From positions 1 to 64,000 of IMG/VR virus record IMGVR_UViG_3300010413_000011: a DNA stretch of 64,000 bases. One strand, given 5' to 3'. Below, piece by piece: positions 7,716-17,822 of the stretch; position 1 is the stretch's first letter; every line of letters begins with the position of its first letter. The DNA is from a virus. A program made the position numbers and the translations under genes. The notes under the pieces are model-generated. The model searched no databases. It was not told the DNA's origin and saw only the letters and a program-made list of their open reading frames with translations.

Positions 7716-10160
7716 ATGAGTGGAGTCGGATCCGCTGTCAGTGTTACATATGTTAGGGAAACAGTAGACGCAGTTCAACCCGAGGCGTTAGTACAAGTTT
7801 CTCCCGATTTTACCAATGATGACCAATTTAATACGTATAATACCATTCAGGCGGCATTGACTCGAGCCGACGCACTTTTAATTGGTGGTGCTGATCGAGT
7901 AGAAATATATTGCCACGCCGGAGAGTATGAGGAAGATAACTTAGTAATCAAATCGAAAATAATTCTTTCTGGATCAGCAGCTGCAGTTTTACTAGGTGTT
8001 CCTTCCCCGACCGTTACTAATCCGATATTAAGACTTCAGGGGACTGCGATAGTTAGAAATATTACGATCTCTACTCAGGCAGCAAGGAATAATCAAATTT
8101 ATTTAGACCCTCTTGCACAGGCAACAATGGAAGGGGTCTTTATCGATTGTCAACCAGGCGGAATTTTTGTTCAAAATCATATTTTCTTAGAAGAGGATCC
8201 TTTACAAGCGGCTGGTCCGAATAATACTCATTTATATTTTATTTTTAGTACTGCTACCATTGCTAAAAATGGCAGTTCTGGCGCATTAGTAGCTATTCGA
8301 ACTGAAGGTCGTGCAAGAATTTCTCTATATACTTCAAATGTCCTAATTGCAGGAGGAACAGCAGGAATCTATTTAGAGAATACGACCCAGCCTTTCGGAT
8401 CTCTTCAACTCGAGGCTTGGAATTCTACCGTCGTAAATATTTTCGGCGATTCAATAGTAGGCGAAGCAAACTGTAAATGCGATCTGCTCGGTACATCAAC
8501 TAAGATCGAAGATATAACAATGGCAGACGGAAAGGACGCGATCGCCAGGTGGCCTTTCGGAGCTAAAGATATAAGTCAAACAACGTATCCAGAAGCTCCT
8601 TCGGCAACCGTCGGATCGGTTCATTATGCTTTAGAAACAATAAAAGGGAAGCTGATAGTCGACCGGTCTGATATCGAAAGAAATCTAAGTAACATCGCTC
8701 TCCATGCTGCTGAAGCTGCTCGCGATGCTCAGATTGTAGCAGGTGATTACGAAGCTTTACTTGTGGAGGGTTACGAAAACGATTCTGACATCGATTTAGC
8801 GAATAGTCAACTCTACGAAATTGAGAACGGATTAGTCGAATTTGTTAAATCGATCGATATCGACGATTTCGAAAGTTATGCTAACACGACTGCTTTACGC
8901 GCCGTTTGGGTTCCTGACGGATCAACTACCTTTACTTGTAATCTTCTTCTGACTGGAGGTTATTTAGGTGGCAAATTTATGGAACTTCCTTTCTCACTTT
9001 TAACAACAAACGGTTACGTACAAAAAACTTACGTTACACCCCAGGATTGGACTTTTATAAATCAATTTTGTTTCTATGTCCGAGGTACAGGAGACTCCGA
9101 GTTAATCGATTTAATTATTAAAATCGAAGACAATAACGGAAGTGTTGCAACTTTAGAGACTCTCAAAGTTGTAGCTGGAGTACCTTGGATACATTTACCT
9201 TGCGACGATTCTGTCTACACGGCACCTTCAAATTTTAGATGGTGGGCCATAAAAAAAATACGATTCGTTTGTGGAACAGTAGCCGGCGGACAGACTGGAA
9301 CCTGGCAAATAGACGTAATCGATGCGCATTTATCCGACGGTTTTGTACAATCGTCTTTAATCGACGCAATGGATTCGGTTGGATCTCCTCCTACAAATGG
9401 ATGGACGATCGACGTAGGTTCGATAAATGTCGTTACATCGTCGGCTGCTCGTCAAGGTACTGGCTATTTCGAAGTCGACTCAGTCTCTTGGACTTTGACG
9501 AGGCAATGGCCAGGGTCGGGATCATATGCAGCCAATATGTCGGGAGATACGCTAGTACGCTTATGGGCGAAAGTAGGAACCGTGACCGTCGGCGGATCGA
9601 TAAACAGTTTCATACTCAAATTAACAGACGAAAGTGGAAACAAAGTCCAAAATGTAGGACTGATAACCTATTTATCTTCGTCTGAATCGGCTTGGCGACC
9701 AATCAGTTGGTTCCTTTCTGACATGACGTTGGTTACGGGAACGAGTTTCGATTTTACTAAAATAGTAAAAATAGAAATAGCAGTGAACGGAGTGACCGGA
9801 ACATGGAAAGTTCATTTAGATCTATTCGAAGTCGGAGACGGAACAGTCGTTCAAGAAATTCAACAAACGAAGAATTCTTTTAATCAAATTAAAGCGTTTG
9901 TTCCTTTCGGGGGCACGGACCATTTCAGGTTAGACGTATCGGGAAATTCGGCGGCAGGTTTCGATTTGAATAATATGTTCCAGAGTGGTTCGAATTTTGG
10001 TATACGATACGGAGGTACTGGATCGAAAGCAATGGGATCCTGGGTAAGTTTAGTAAATGTTTCGAGTAAAATCCAATTTCGTCTCGTAGGAATCGGCTAT
10101 CCAGGTAGTGAGCGTACAGTTGTTTCCGGTGTTTCAATATTGTGGAGGACAAGTTCATGA
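7716..10160 (+). CDS. Large virion protein with pectin-lyase-like N-terminus and two carbohydrate-binding-like domains
   Basis: YNTIQAAL..HAGEYEE beta-helix cap; IDDFESY..W and IDAMDS..GW repeats resemble galactose-binding/CBM domains. ATG at 7716 after AGGAGG is preferred to the track start at 7668. Confidence 0.6.
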   Translation: MSGVGSAVSVTYVRETVDAVQPEALVQVSPDFTNDDQFNTYNTIQAALTRADALLIGGADRVEIYCHAGEYEEDNLVIKSKIILSGSAAAVLLGVPSPTVTNPILRLQGTAIVRNITISTQAARNNQIYLDPLAQATMEGVFIDCQPGGIFVQNHIFLEEDPLQAAGPNNTHLYFIFSTATIAKNGSSGALVAIRTEGRARISLYTSNVLIAGGTAGIYLENTTQPFGSLQLEAWNSTVVNIFGDSIVGEANCKCDLLGTSTKIEDITMADGKDAIARWPFGAKDISQTTYPEAPSATVGSVHYALETIKGKLIVDRSDIERNLSNIALHAAEAARDAQIVAGDYEALLVEGYENDSDIDLANSQLYEIENGLVEFVKSIDIDDFESYANTTALRAVWVPDGSTTFTCNLLLTGGYLGGKFMELPFSLLTTNGYVQKTYVTPQDWTFINQFCFYVRGTGDSELIDLIIKIEDNNGSVATLETLKVVAGVPWIHLPCDDSVYTAPSNFRWWAIKKIRFVCGTVAGGQTGTWQIDVIDAHLSDGFVQSSLIDAMDSVGSPPTNGWTIDVGSINVVTSSAARQGTGYFEVDSVSWTLTRQWPGSGSYAANMSGDTLVRLWAKVGTVTVGGSINSFILKLTDESGNKVQNVGLITYLSSSESAWRPISWFLSDMTLVTGTSFDFTKIVKIEIAVNGVTGTWKVHLDLFEVGDGTVVQEIQQTKNSFNQIKAFVPFGGTDHFRLDVSGNSAAGFDLNNMFQSGSNFGIRYGGTGSKAMGSWVSLVNVSSKIQFRLVGIGYPGSERTVVSGVSILWRTSS

Positions 10161-10813
10161 GCGTAAAGTTTAAATCAGTCGACCGATTAAAGAGTTCGCC
10201 CTTTATAATATTAGAAGAATCTGGACTTACGATCAAGATTCTCGGAGGGCTTGCCAATTTCAAAAACGACACACTGGTTATTCCTCCAGTTACGATCCAA
10301 CTTGTTGCAAATTCCACCAATTATATCTATATTAATTGGAGTACTGGGTCAATCGAGTCAAACGAATCTGGATTTATACAAGATGGAATCGATTTATGGT
10401 CAATATCCACTGATACTACCAAAGTTGTAGCAATAAATGATTACAGATCTGTTCTTCGAGTTACAGTTCATACAGACCATATCACGATGCAGACTGAAAA
10501 TAAAAATCATAATGCCAATAATTGGCTGTCAATTGGAAGAGCAATGGTGGATTTCTCGAGGTATCGACCGAATACCAAAGTCCATTTATTGTGTATGGCG
10601 AAAAAGGAAGGAGGAGGAACAGGTGTAATCCGAGTTTATGATTATCTCGGATCTCAAGAACTGATTTCGTTAAATATATCTGAATCCGGTTGGACGGTCA
10701 AAAAAATTGAGTTATCTATCGTCCCTTCGTCGGAGGCGGCTCTCGATCTTCAAATCAAAACAGACGGAGTTGGTGTTATTTATTGCGGAGGGGCAGCAGT
10801 CGAAGTTTTGTAA
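10157..10813 (+). CDS. Hypothetical virion structural protein
   Basis: ATGA overlap with the upstream stop; beta-rich (STNYIYIN). Confidence 0.55.
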   Translation: MSVKFKSVDRLKSSPFIILEESGLTIKILGGLANFKNDTLVIPPVTIQLVANSTNYIYINWSTGSIESNESGFIQDGIDLWSISTDTTKVVAINDYRSVLRVTVHTDHITMQTENKNHNANNWLSIGRAMVDFSRYRPNTKVHLLCMAKKEGGGTGVIRVYDYLGSQELISLNISESGWTVKKIELSIVPSSEAALDLQIKTDGVGVIYCGGAAVEVL

Positions 10814-10856
10814 AAATGAAAGATTGTCAGAAATTTTCAGAAAGGGGTTTTAAGTT

Positions 10857-11234
10857 TTGAAAAAATTGATTATAGTTTTAATACTCTTTTTGTCGGCATT
10901 CCTTTCCGATTGTTCGGGATCCGAAATTAATAATCCGATCTGGATGAATCTAAAGATTATTTTTGAATACGGAGGACTGCCGGCAGTTATTTTATTGTTC
11001 GGTCTTCTCTATCTGAGAAGTGTTAATAAACAATGGGGAGATTTGGTTAGTCAAAATCAAAGTCGATTCGAACAGCAACAATTAATACTGATCCAGGCTC
11101 TCCAGAATAATACGGCGGCTCTGTCTGTTTTAACAACGAAATTTGGAATGGGCTGTAGTCTTTTCCGAGATACTTCGAAAGTTTCGGAACAAGGGGAGAT
11201 AGATGTTTCGAAAGAAAAAAATAGAACCGAATGA
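10857..11234 (+). CDS. Membrane protein, BhlA/UviB-like holin candidate
   Basis: Hydrophobic N-terminus, second TM segment (YGGLPAVILLFGLLYL), then a coiled coil. Confidence 0.45.
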   Translation: MKKLIIVLILFLSAFLSDCSGSEINNPIWMNLKIIFEYGGLPAVILLFGLLYLRSVNKQWGDLVSQNQSRFEQQQLILIQALQNNTAALSVLTTKFGMGCSLFRDTSKVSEQGEIDVSKEKNRTE

Positions 11235-11466
11235 CGATAAAAATCATCATTTAACGGAAGCTCTGGAAGCTCAAAGTTCAGTCGTGGATGACTTACTTGA
11301 GTTAGCTGGTTTAACTAGAGATGAAGTATTCGATGAAGATGTGACTTCTCTTAAACTAGATTTATCGGAAAGTGAGTCATTGAACCGGATAAAAAAAGAG
11401 GAAACAGGAAACGGAAAAGGAGTCTTCGATTCGATTTGGGATTGGACTTTTAACAAAGGAAAGTAA
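11203..11466 (+). CDS. Hypothetical protein
   Basis: GGGGAG RBS; fills the gap before the neck gene. Confidence 0.5.
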   Translation: MFRKKKIEPNDDKNHHLTEALEAQSSVVDDLLELAGLTRDEVFDEDVTSLKLDLSESESLNRIKKEETGNGKGVFDSIWDWTFNKGK

Positions 11467-11468
11467 TA

Positions 11469-12188
11469 ATGTATTTAACAGTCGAAGAAATTCGGGATCA
11501 GGACCCAACCGGTCAGGGATATTCTGACTGGACCGATAACGAAATTGAGGATTTGATTCTTAAGTGGCAAGGTATCGTTGAGTCGGAACTCCAACAATGG
11601 TTCGAAAGTCGGGATAAAACAATTGAAATAAAAGGATCTGGTACGCGTATTCTTCATCTCTTTATTCCGATTATCAGTATCACTGAATTGTATTTGAATG
11701 AGGATACCGTCGCACTGGACCCGACTTTTTATCGTGCGTACAAAACCGTTGACTACCCAGACGATCGACCGAACCCGAAGATTGAGCTGATCAGTGACAG
11801 TGGGTCCATCTACACAAGCATCAGCGGAATTTTCGAAACCAATAAAATTCAAAAATTGGTTGGTCAGTTTGGTTATGTAGATAGTGCTGGAAATACTCCA
11901 GAGGCTGTTAAACACGCACTCATTTTAGTCGTAACGGATAAAATGGGAAGTAAATATATAACCGATCCTGTATTTAAAAGGATGGCAACCGCATCGAAAG
12001 TTACCGAAGAAAAACTCGATAAATATTCTTATAAATTAAGCGATGCGGCTAGCTCTGGCAGAGGCCTCGAGGCTAGGCTCTACAGCGTCCTGGGTAACCG
12101 AGAGGCGGCAATTCTTCTGAGCAAGTTCTTCAGACCTATAATTGTATCGTCGACCGGCGACCCCGATGTGCCGTATGGGGATTCTTAA
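11469..12188 (+). CDS. Head-tail connector/adaptor protein
   Basis: MYLTVEEIR start, GYV..TPEAVKHA and EEKLDKYSY are typical of gp6/gp15-like connectors. Confidence 0.75.
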   Translation: MYLTVEEIRDQDPTGQGYSDWTDNEIEDLILKWQGIVESELQQWFESRDKTIEIKGSGTRILHLFIPIISITELYLNEDTVALDPTFYRAYKTVDYPDDRPNPKIELISDSGSIYTSISGIFETNKIQKLVGQFGYVDSAGNTPEAVKHALILVVTDKMGSKYITDPVFKRMATASKVTEEKLDKYSYKLSDAASSGRGLEARLYSVLGNREAAILLSKFFRPIIVSSTGDPDVPYGDS

Positions 12189-12216
12189 TAGATCGTCATA
12201 GTAATTGAGAATAACA

Positions 12217-12810
12217 ATGACAATTTTATTTAAAGACGACGTTATTGTATTGAGAAAAAGTGATGTCCTTTTCGAAGGTAACATTAAGAATGCAGATCCG
12301 ATTCCTGTCATCGGAATCAGCGGAAAAAATTATAAATTATTCATTAGAGTTACTAATCCTGCAGCTTACCCAATAACAGTAGAGATAATTTTTTCAGTCG
12401 GCAATTATATCTTTACTGTTTCAGACTCTAATAATCTAAATCAAATATCTGATGACATTTTCACCGATCCCGCAACTGAAGTAGTAGGTGGTGGCAATTT
12501 TCCTTTCGATGTCGAACTAAGTCACCGAACACCAAGTAACGAGCCGATAAAACAATATGGTAATTTAGGCACGGTCCGAGGTTCCCTCCAAAGACAAACC
12601 GGACGACTAGTTATGACTACTCCTGGTGAAGACTCTCACCAGGTTAAATGGATTCATGTAGAGGATACAATTGAAATTAAATTAAAAGATTTACTACAAG
12701 TTGGAGGACAAAACTATGAAGTAATCGAAGTAAGTCATGTGGAATCAGCATTAACCAATATTATATCTTTTTACGAATGTAAGGTTGAATTGAGGGAAGG
12801 CCGATGGTAA
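12217..12810 (+). CDS. Head closure (stopper) protein candidate
   Basis: C-terminal IKLKDLLQVGGQNYEVIEV; position in the neck cluster. Confidence 0.55.
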   Translation: MTILFKDDVIVLRKSDVLFEGNIKNADPIPVIGISGKNYKLFIRVTNPAAYPITVEIIFSVGNYIFTVSDSNNLNQISDDIFTDPATEVVGGGNFPFDVELSHRTPSNEPIKQYGNLGTVRGSLQRQTGRLVMTTPGEDSHQVKWIHVEDTIEIKLKDLLQVGGQNYEVIEVSHVESALTNIISFYECKVELREGRW

Positions 12811-15185
12811 ACATATTAATAGTTATACCGACATACAATAATATAGGCCACTTATCGAAATGTCTCAATTCGATAAACAAGTGCTCGCGTTACGAACCCG
12901 GGTTCTCTTTGGTCGTTGTTGTTGCAACCAACGGATGTGACGATGGAACTTCGGAACTACTCGAGCATTGGTCTAACAAATTGTCGAACAACCTAGACAA
13001 GAACCGACTTCAAATATTTGAGTTGTCTCTGGATCGCAATATGGGTTTCGCTATGGCAATCAATGCTGTCCTCGAAGGTCGTTCGCTCACCTGTTACGAA
13101 TTTGTTGTTCTATTGAACGACGACGTCGTAGTTACTCCGAGATGGCTAACTGGGATGGTTCAAGGTTTTCCTTGTTTCCCAGCGGTTGGAATGGTCGGAC
13201 CTGTCTCGAATGAGGCAATCGAGGCTCAGAAGGTCGACGATATTCCTCCAACTTTGATAGTAGCATCGGATGAAAATCTTTACAAGTACGCTCAAGATTT
13301 CAAAGCACTAAATACCGATATAAAACCATTTGTAACTGGTTTTATATCTGGTTTTTGTATGATGATTTCTCGAGAAGTTCTCCAACAAACTGGGTTTCTG
13401 GATGAGCGTTTCGGTCTCGGTGGGTTCGAAGATAATGATCTATGTCTTCGTGCTCTGGATCTGGGTTATATTTCGGTCGTCGTACCCAACGTCTTCGTGT
13501 GGCACTCTGGTCATATAACGATTAATCGTTTTCCTGAGATGAGACACGGGTTAGCTAATCGTCATCTCTTCTATAAGAAGTGGCATAATCCTGAAGTCCG
13601 AAAAAAGTTGTGTGTCCTCTACCGAGTTAGAGACGACGCCTACAATTTTAGCTGTAGTCTAAGACGAACCCTCGAGTTTACCGACTTCGTCGCCGTTCTC
13701 GACGACGGTTCGGAAATACTTCCTAACTCGAAAAAGTCAGCAATCCAAATCACCTGCGAAGATCTCGATCAAGGAACAAATCAAATTGTTTATTATCGCC
13801 AAGAGAAAGATTCCTCGAATGAAAGAGATGATCGGAACCGACTCATCCAAATGGGAAAAGAAACTGGTGCAGATTGGGGCCTTTTTCTAGACTCCGATGA
13901 AATAATCGAGAACTCTTTTACCCAGGAATACGTTCAGAGAATAATGAACAGCCCCGATCCTGGGGCTCGGGCGTTCGGATTTAATTGGTATACTTTTTGG
14001 GACGATAATAACTGGCGAGCAGATGGTATTTTCGGCAATATGTTCGGATTCAGAATGTTTAAATTGTCTGAAGGTCAATCGATAATAAGAGGAACCGAGC
14101 AAGGACTTCATTGCGGGAACCTCCCAGAGTTAGGTCCTAACACGAAAAAGATGACCAGTATTCGTATTAAACATCTTGGTTATGATACCGATGAAATCCG
14201 ACAAAGAAAATTCGAATGGTATGAAAATTTCGATCAAGACAGAACTCCAGAATTGGTTGGAGGAGAAAGTTATCGACATTTAATCGATAAACGAGGGGTC
14301 GAATTGAAACCTTGGATAGAGGAAAATGATATCGGTCTGTTTATGATTGTTCGCAACGAGGAGGATCAATTACACGAGGCTCTATCCGAGGTACATCAAT
14401 TCTTTACTCAATTAGTAATTGTCGATACCGGCAGTACCGACGCAACGAAAGAAATAGCATCGATGTATACCGACGAAGTTTATGAATTTGAGAAATTCGA
14501 TCCTGAGCTTCCCGATTTCAGTGCGGTTCGAAATTTTGCTCTATCGAAAATGACAACTCGGTGGGTGATGTTTCTAGATGCCGACGAAAGAATAACGGGA
14601 TCTCTGTTAGTTTCACTAAGAAGGTCACTCTCCGAGAGTCTCTATGATGCATTTGGTTTTCAAATCTATAATAGATTTAAAAATATGGACGTTCCTATCG
14701 TTACAGAGGCAGTTAGATTATTCTATAATCGGGAAGGTCTTGAGTTTAAAAATAAAGTCCATGAAACGATTACTGAAAGTATACAACAAATTCCAGACTT
14801 TCGAATCGGAACAGCTCCAATCCCAATTTATCATTTAGGTTATCTACGGAATCCGGAAAGGATTAAGGCTAAACATAAGGCATACGAAAAGGTATTACGC
14901 CAAGAGGATTCGGCTCTAGCGGACTTTTCGCTTGCTATGTCTAAACTCGAAGACAGTAATTTCGACGCCAAGGAAATTGAAGCGTTATTGGAAAAGGCTA
15001 TCCAAAAAGAACCAAATTTTTATCAAGCGAAAAGAGAATTAGCCTATATGTATCTCCGACTCTCGGCAGCCAACTTTCTGATGATTAGTCAAAAACTAAA
15101 ACCTGAACATCCGTTTGTAGTGGTGGCCAAAAAATACTTAAACACCCTTTCGAAAATGATTCCTCCGATACCGAGGTCAATATAA
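12804..15185 (+). CDS. Triple-domain GT2 (GT-A fold) glycosyltransferase with C-terminal TPR-like helices
   Basis: Three GT-A units: VIPTYN..LLNDD..GGFEDNDLC; VLDDGS..FLDSDE..KHLGY; MIVRNEE..VDTGSTD..FLDADE..VHE..HLGY. Confidence 0.88.
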   Translation: MVNILIVIPTYNNIGHLSKCLNSINKCSRYEPGFSLVVVVATNGCDDGTSELLEHWSNKLSNNLDKNRLQIFELSLDRNMGFAMAINAVLEGRSLTCYEFVVLLNDDVVVTPRWLTGMVQGFPCFPAVGMVGPVSNEAIEAQKVDDIPPTLIVASDENLYKYAQDFKALNTDIKPFVTGFISGFCMMISREVLQQTGFLDERFGLGGFEDNDLCLRALDLGYISVVVPNVFVWHSGHITINRFPEMRHGLANRHLFYKKWHNPEVRKKLCVLYRVRDDAYNFSCSLRRTLEFTDFVAVLDDGSEILPNSKKSAIQITCEDLDQGTNQIVYYRQEKDSSNERDDRNRLIQMGKETGADWGLFLDSDEIIENSFTQEYVQRIMNSPDPGARAFGFNWYTFWDDNNWRADGIFGNMFGFRMFKLSEGQSIIRGTEQGLHCGNLPELGPNTKKMTSIRIKHLGYDTDEIRQRKFEWYENFDQDRTPELVGGESYRHLIDKRGVELKPWIEENDIGLFMIVRNEEDQLHEALSEVHQFFTQLVIVDTGSTDATKEIASMYTDEVYEFEKFDPELPDFSAVRNFALSKMTTRWVMFLDADERITGSLLVSLRRSLSESLYDAFGFQIYNRFKNMDVPIVTEAVRLFYNREGLEFKNKVHETITESIQQIPDFRIGTAPIPIYHLGYLRNPERIKAKHKAYEKVLRQEDSALADFSLAMSKLEDSNFDAKEIEALLEKAIQKEPNFYQAKRELAYMYLRLSAANFLMISQKLKPEHPFVVVAKKYLNTLSKMIPPIPRSI

Positions 15186-15664
15186 TGTTTGAAATTGTGG
15201 GCACACAAAAAGTAGTCGATAATCTTCGCGGTGCCGGTCTTATCATCGGAGATGCGGGCCATGGAACGATTATTCTTGCTTCTGATATAATGAAAAAGAA
15301 GTTGGTAGAGAATGTCTCTTTACTCGATCATAGTTTGGAAGACTTAAGAAAACTTGGTCATCCATATGCCAAAAGGTCTCGAAGTAGGCGGGTACATTCT
15401 CCGTTTTGGCTTATTCATCGACAAACGATCGGTCTCGGGAGAGCCGTTAGGAAAAAAACTTTTAAAAGAAAAGATGGAAGTTTTAGTGAGGTTTTTATCG
15501 ACCCTGGGATAGCACCAGAGGCTAGCTACGTTATCAACGGAACTTCTAAAATGATTGCACGACCTGTAGTCTGGAAAACTTTGGAATCAGTCCGAGGTGA
15601 AATTCATCAAGCGATTTATTATGGAATTTCTCAAGGATTAAAATCTCAATGGAAAGTTCGATGA
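15185..15664 (+). CDS. HK97 gp10-like neck/tail-completion protein
   Basis: SYVINGTSKMIARP motif; position. Confidence 0.7.
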   Translation: MFEIVGTQKVVDNLRGAGLIIGDAGHGTIILASDIMKKKLVENVSLLDHSLEDLRKLGHPYAKRSRSRRVHSPFWLIHRQTIGLGRAVRKKTFKRKDGSFSEVFIDPGIAPEASYVINGTSKMIARPVVWKTLESVRGEIHQAIYYGISQGLKSQWKVR

Positions 15665-16074
15665 CTGACTTTGTTAAAATAGCAAAAGAAGACGTTATTC
15701 AAGGAATCGTGAATATTGGTTCTTTGAATGAAAAACTAGGTGGGAGAATATATCCTTCAGAGTTAGCTCTAGTTCGAGAACCAGAATTTCCTTGTGTTAA
15801 TATTGATATAACAGACGATCTTTCTCCTGTTAAAATGTTGTCTGATAAAATTCGGTTCGCGACACTTCGGATTTGGGCTTGGTCACAGGAGTCACATTAT
15901 GAGACTAGGAAAATTTATGAACCGATTAAAGAATTATTTAACAACAAAAGGAGGACGAAAAATGAAACATCGATAGTTTACAGTGAGATAAGTGGCCCGA
16001 CTGAAGTGGCCGATAAGGAAACCAACGTATACGGAGTGATGACACTCTGGGAAGTAAAAATAATCGGAGGATAA
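15661..16074 (+). CDS. Tail terminator/completion protein
   Basis: LGGRIYP..FPCVNI motif; position before the tail tube gene. Confidence 0.7.
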   Translation: MTDFVKIAKEDVIQGIVNIGSLNEKLGGRIYPSELALVREPEFPCVNIDITDDLSPVKMLSDKIRFATLRIWAWSQESHYETRKIYEPIKELFNNKRRTKNETSIVYSEISGPTEVADKETNVYGVMTLWEVKIIGG

Positions 16075-16076
16075 CC

Positions 16077-16406
16077 ATGGCACTTCCAGGTCTAAGTTTA
16101 AAAGGCATGCCGAGGCCTCACGGAGATGGACCGGATCAGGAATGGAGATGTCACTCCTGTAAGGCTTTACTTGGCAAGGTAGGGGCGAATCCTGAGTTAC
16201 CCACGTATGGGTTTCTCAGAATTAAATATAAAGAACTATATGTCCAAACTCGAGGCGGTTATGTAAAAATAACCTGCTATCGATGTGGCGCTGAGAATGA
16301 GACCGTGGACGAGGACTATTTAGAAGTCATCAACAGAGAAAAAGAGGACGGCAATTCTCAGCAAAAAGAGGGTGGCACCAAACAAGACCTAATCGTAACG
16401 AAATAG
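16077..16406 (+). CDS. Mu Com-like zinc-ribbon protein
   Basis: EWRCHSCKALLG...ITCYRCGAEN. Confidence 0.6.
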   Translation: MALPGLSLKGMPRPHGDGPDQEWRCHSCKALLGKVGANPELPTYGFLRIKYKELYVQTRGGYVKITCYRCGAENETVDEDYLEVINREKEDGNSQQKEGGTKQDLIVTK

Positions 16407-16422
16407 GAAAGGAGGTTAACGA

Positions 16423-16980
16423 ATGCCGGGTTACAATCTACCATCCTACGATGTAAAAAATCTCAGTTTCGGCCCTGGTATTGCTTACCTCGGTGCGGCA
16501 GGAACAACTCCGACAACCGATGTCGGAGCCGTCGACCCGGGGATGACTCTTTCAGTCGCCCGAACGATTTTGGACGTACTCCAAGGAGTACCCAAGCGTT
16601 TGATTGAAAGATTCGCAACGCAAGAAATGGTTGATTTTGAGTTCGCTGGGATGGAATGGAATCTGGATCGTCTCCAGAAGGCTCTCGGTGCTGGGAATTA
16701 TTCCGTGGCCGGCGACACCCAGACTTTAAAGTTCGGAGGTTCTTTGACCTTTGAGGATCTGGCGGTCCGGTTTATTCACCAGACTGCGAAAGGTGGAACG
16801 GTCGATCTGAAAATTTGGAAATGTAAGCCTTCGGGCGAAGTTTCCATTGAGTTCGGTGATGACCTTCACAAAATTCCTTTCAAAGCGACGGCTATCGCCG
16901 CTAACGAGAACTGGGGAGGCGAAGCACTTGGCGATGAGGAAATGTACTACGAAATCGTGTACATGGTTCCTCCCGCTTAA
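16423..16980 (+). CDS. Major tail tube protein
   Basis: NLSFGPGIAY N-terminus, 185 aa, strong RBS, precedes chaperone and tape measure genes. Confidence 0.8.
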   Translation: MPGYNLPSYDVKNLSFGPGIAYLGAAGTTPTTDVGAVDPGMTLSVARTILDVLQGVPKRLIERFATQEMVDFEFAGMEWNLDRLQKALGAGNYSVAGDTQTLKFGGSLTFEDLAVRFIHQTAKGGTVDLKIWKCKPSGEVSIEFGDDLHKIPFKATAIAANENWGGEALGDEEMYYEIVYMVPPA

Positions 16981-17073
16981 CCGTTTGTCTTAATTGAGAC
17001 AAACCTAATTCAATCCTCGGAGGCCGGGATTGATCATTGAAGATTATAAGGCACAATAAGGAGGATTTTTATT

Positions 17074-17535
17074 ATGAGTAACGAAGAAGAAAAGAAAATG
17101 GAAGAAGAGAAGAAATCGTTGGTGGATAGTTCGGTAGACGACGTTCTTATTCCTCCAACTTTGGAGATGAACCTTGGTGGCGAAAAAATTAAAGTACCCA
17201 CGAAGGTCCCTCTCGAAAAACAAATCCCAATCGCTCGAGCACTGAAAACGGTACTTCAAAGAGTGCCCAAGTTATTCGAAATGGATTGGGAAAAAATAAC
17301 AGTCGATCAAATACTCAATGTTTTATTCGAGGCTCTTGACGTTGTTATCTCCGAGGAGTTGGCTGACATCGTTGCTGTACTTTTGGATAAGGATAAAGAA
17401 TGGGTATTGAAACATGTCGACCTAGCTGATGCGGTGGAGATGCTTATCCCTTTTTTCGTCCGTACGGGGAAGCAGATCGCGGAACAAGTTCAAAGGGCGA
17501 TCTCTCTGGACAAGATTACTCTGACCAAAGTTTAG
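17074..17535 (+). CDS. Tail assembly chaperone (gpG analogue)
   Basis: Between tail tube and tape measure; carries a slippery site near its 3' end. Confidence 0.8.
   Translation: MSNEEEKKMEEEKKSLVDSSVDDVLIPPTLEMNLGGEKIKVPTKVPLEKQIPIARALKTVLQRVPKLFEMDWEKITVDQILNVLFEALDVVISEELADIVAVLLDKDKEWVLKHVDLADAVEMLIPFFVRTGKQIAEQVQRAISLDKITLTKV
17448..17457 (+). other. Programmed -1 ribosomal frameshift site (C CCT TTT TTC)
   Basis: X XXY YYZ heptamer in the chaperone reading frame; the -1 frame stays open to TAG at 17820-17822. Confidence 0.85.
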
Positions 17536-17822
17536 ACTCCGCGTTAAGGAAAATTCTAGGCGCACTGTTTCATAGAGGTTACAAAATATCGGACATCTTA
17601 GCACTTACTTTCGAACAGGTTTTATTTATAGCAGAATGTGAGGCGGCTTATAATGAATCACTTAAAGAAGTTCTCGACGCAAAACAAGAGGAGACTGGGG
17701 CACCAGTTCGGACTTCGACTCCTTCTGCTCAAACAGCTCCAGGCCATTTTAAATTTGCGGATTCGAATATCGGGGAATTACAATCGGCAGGTTTTAATAT
17801 TAAAGTAAGAAAAGGAAAGTAG
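17448..17822 (+). CDS. Frameshift extension of the tail chaperone (gpGT analogue; absent from the ORF track)
   Basis: -1 frame reads RPYGEADRG..RGYKISDILALTFEQVLF..KVRKGK*, contains no ATG, and ends immediately before the tape measure ATG. Confidence 0.8.
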   Translation, partial: PFFRPYGEADRGTSSKGDLSGQDYSDQSLDSALRKILGALFHRGYKISDILALTFEQVLFIAECEAAYNESLKEVLDAKQEETGAPVRTSTPSAQTAPGHFKFADSNIGELQSAGFNIKVRKGK

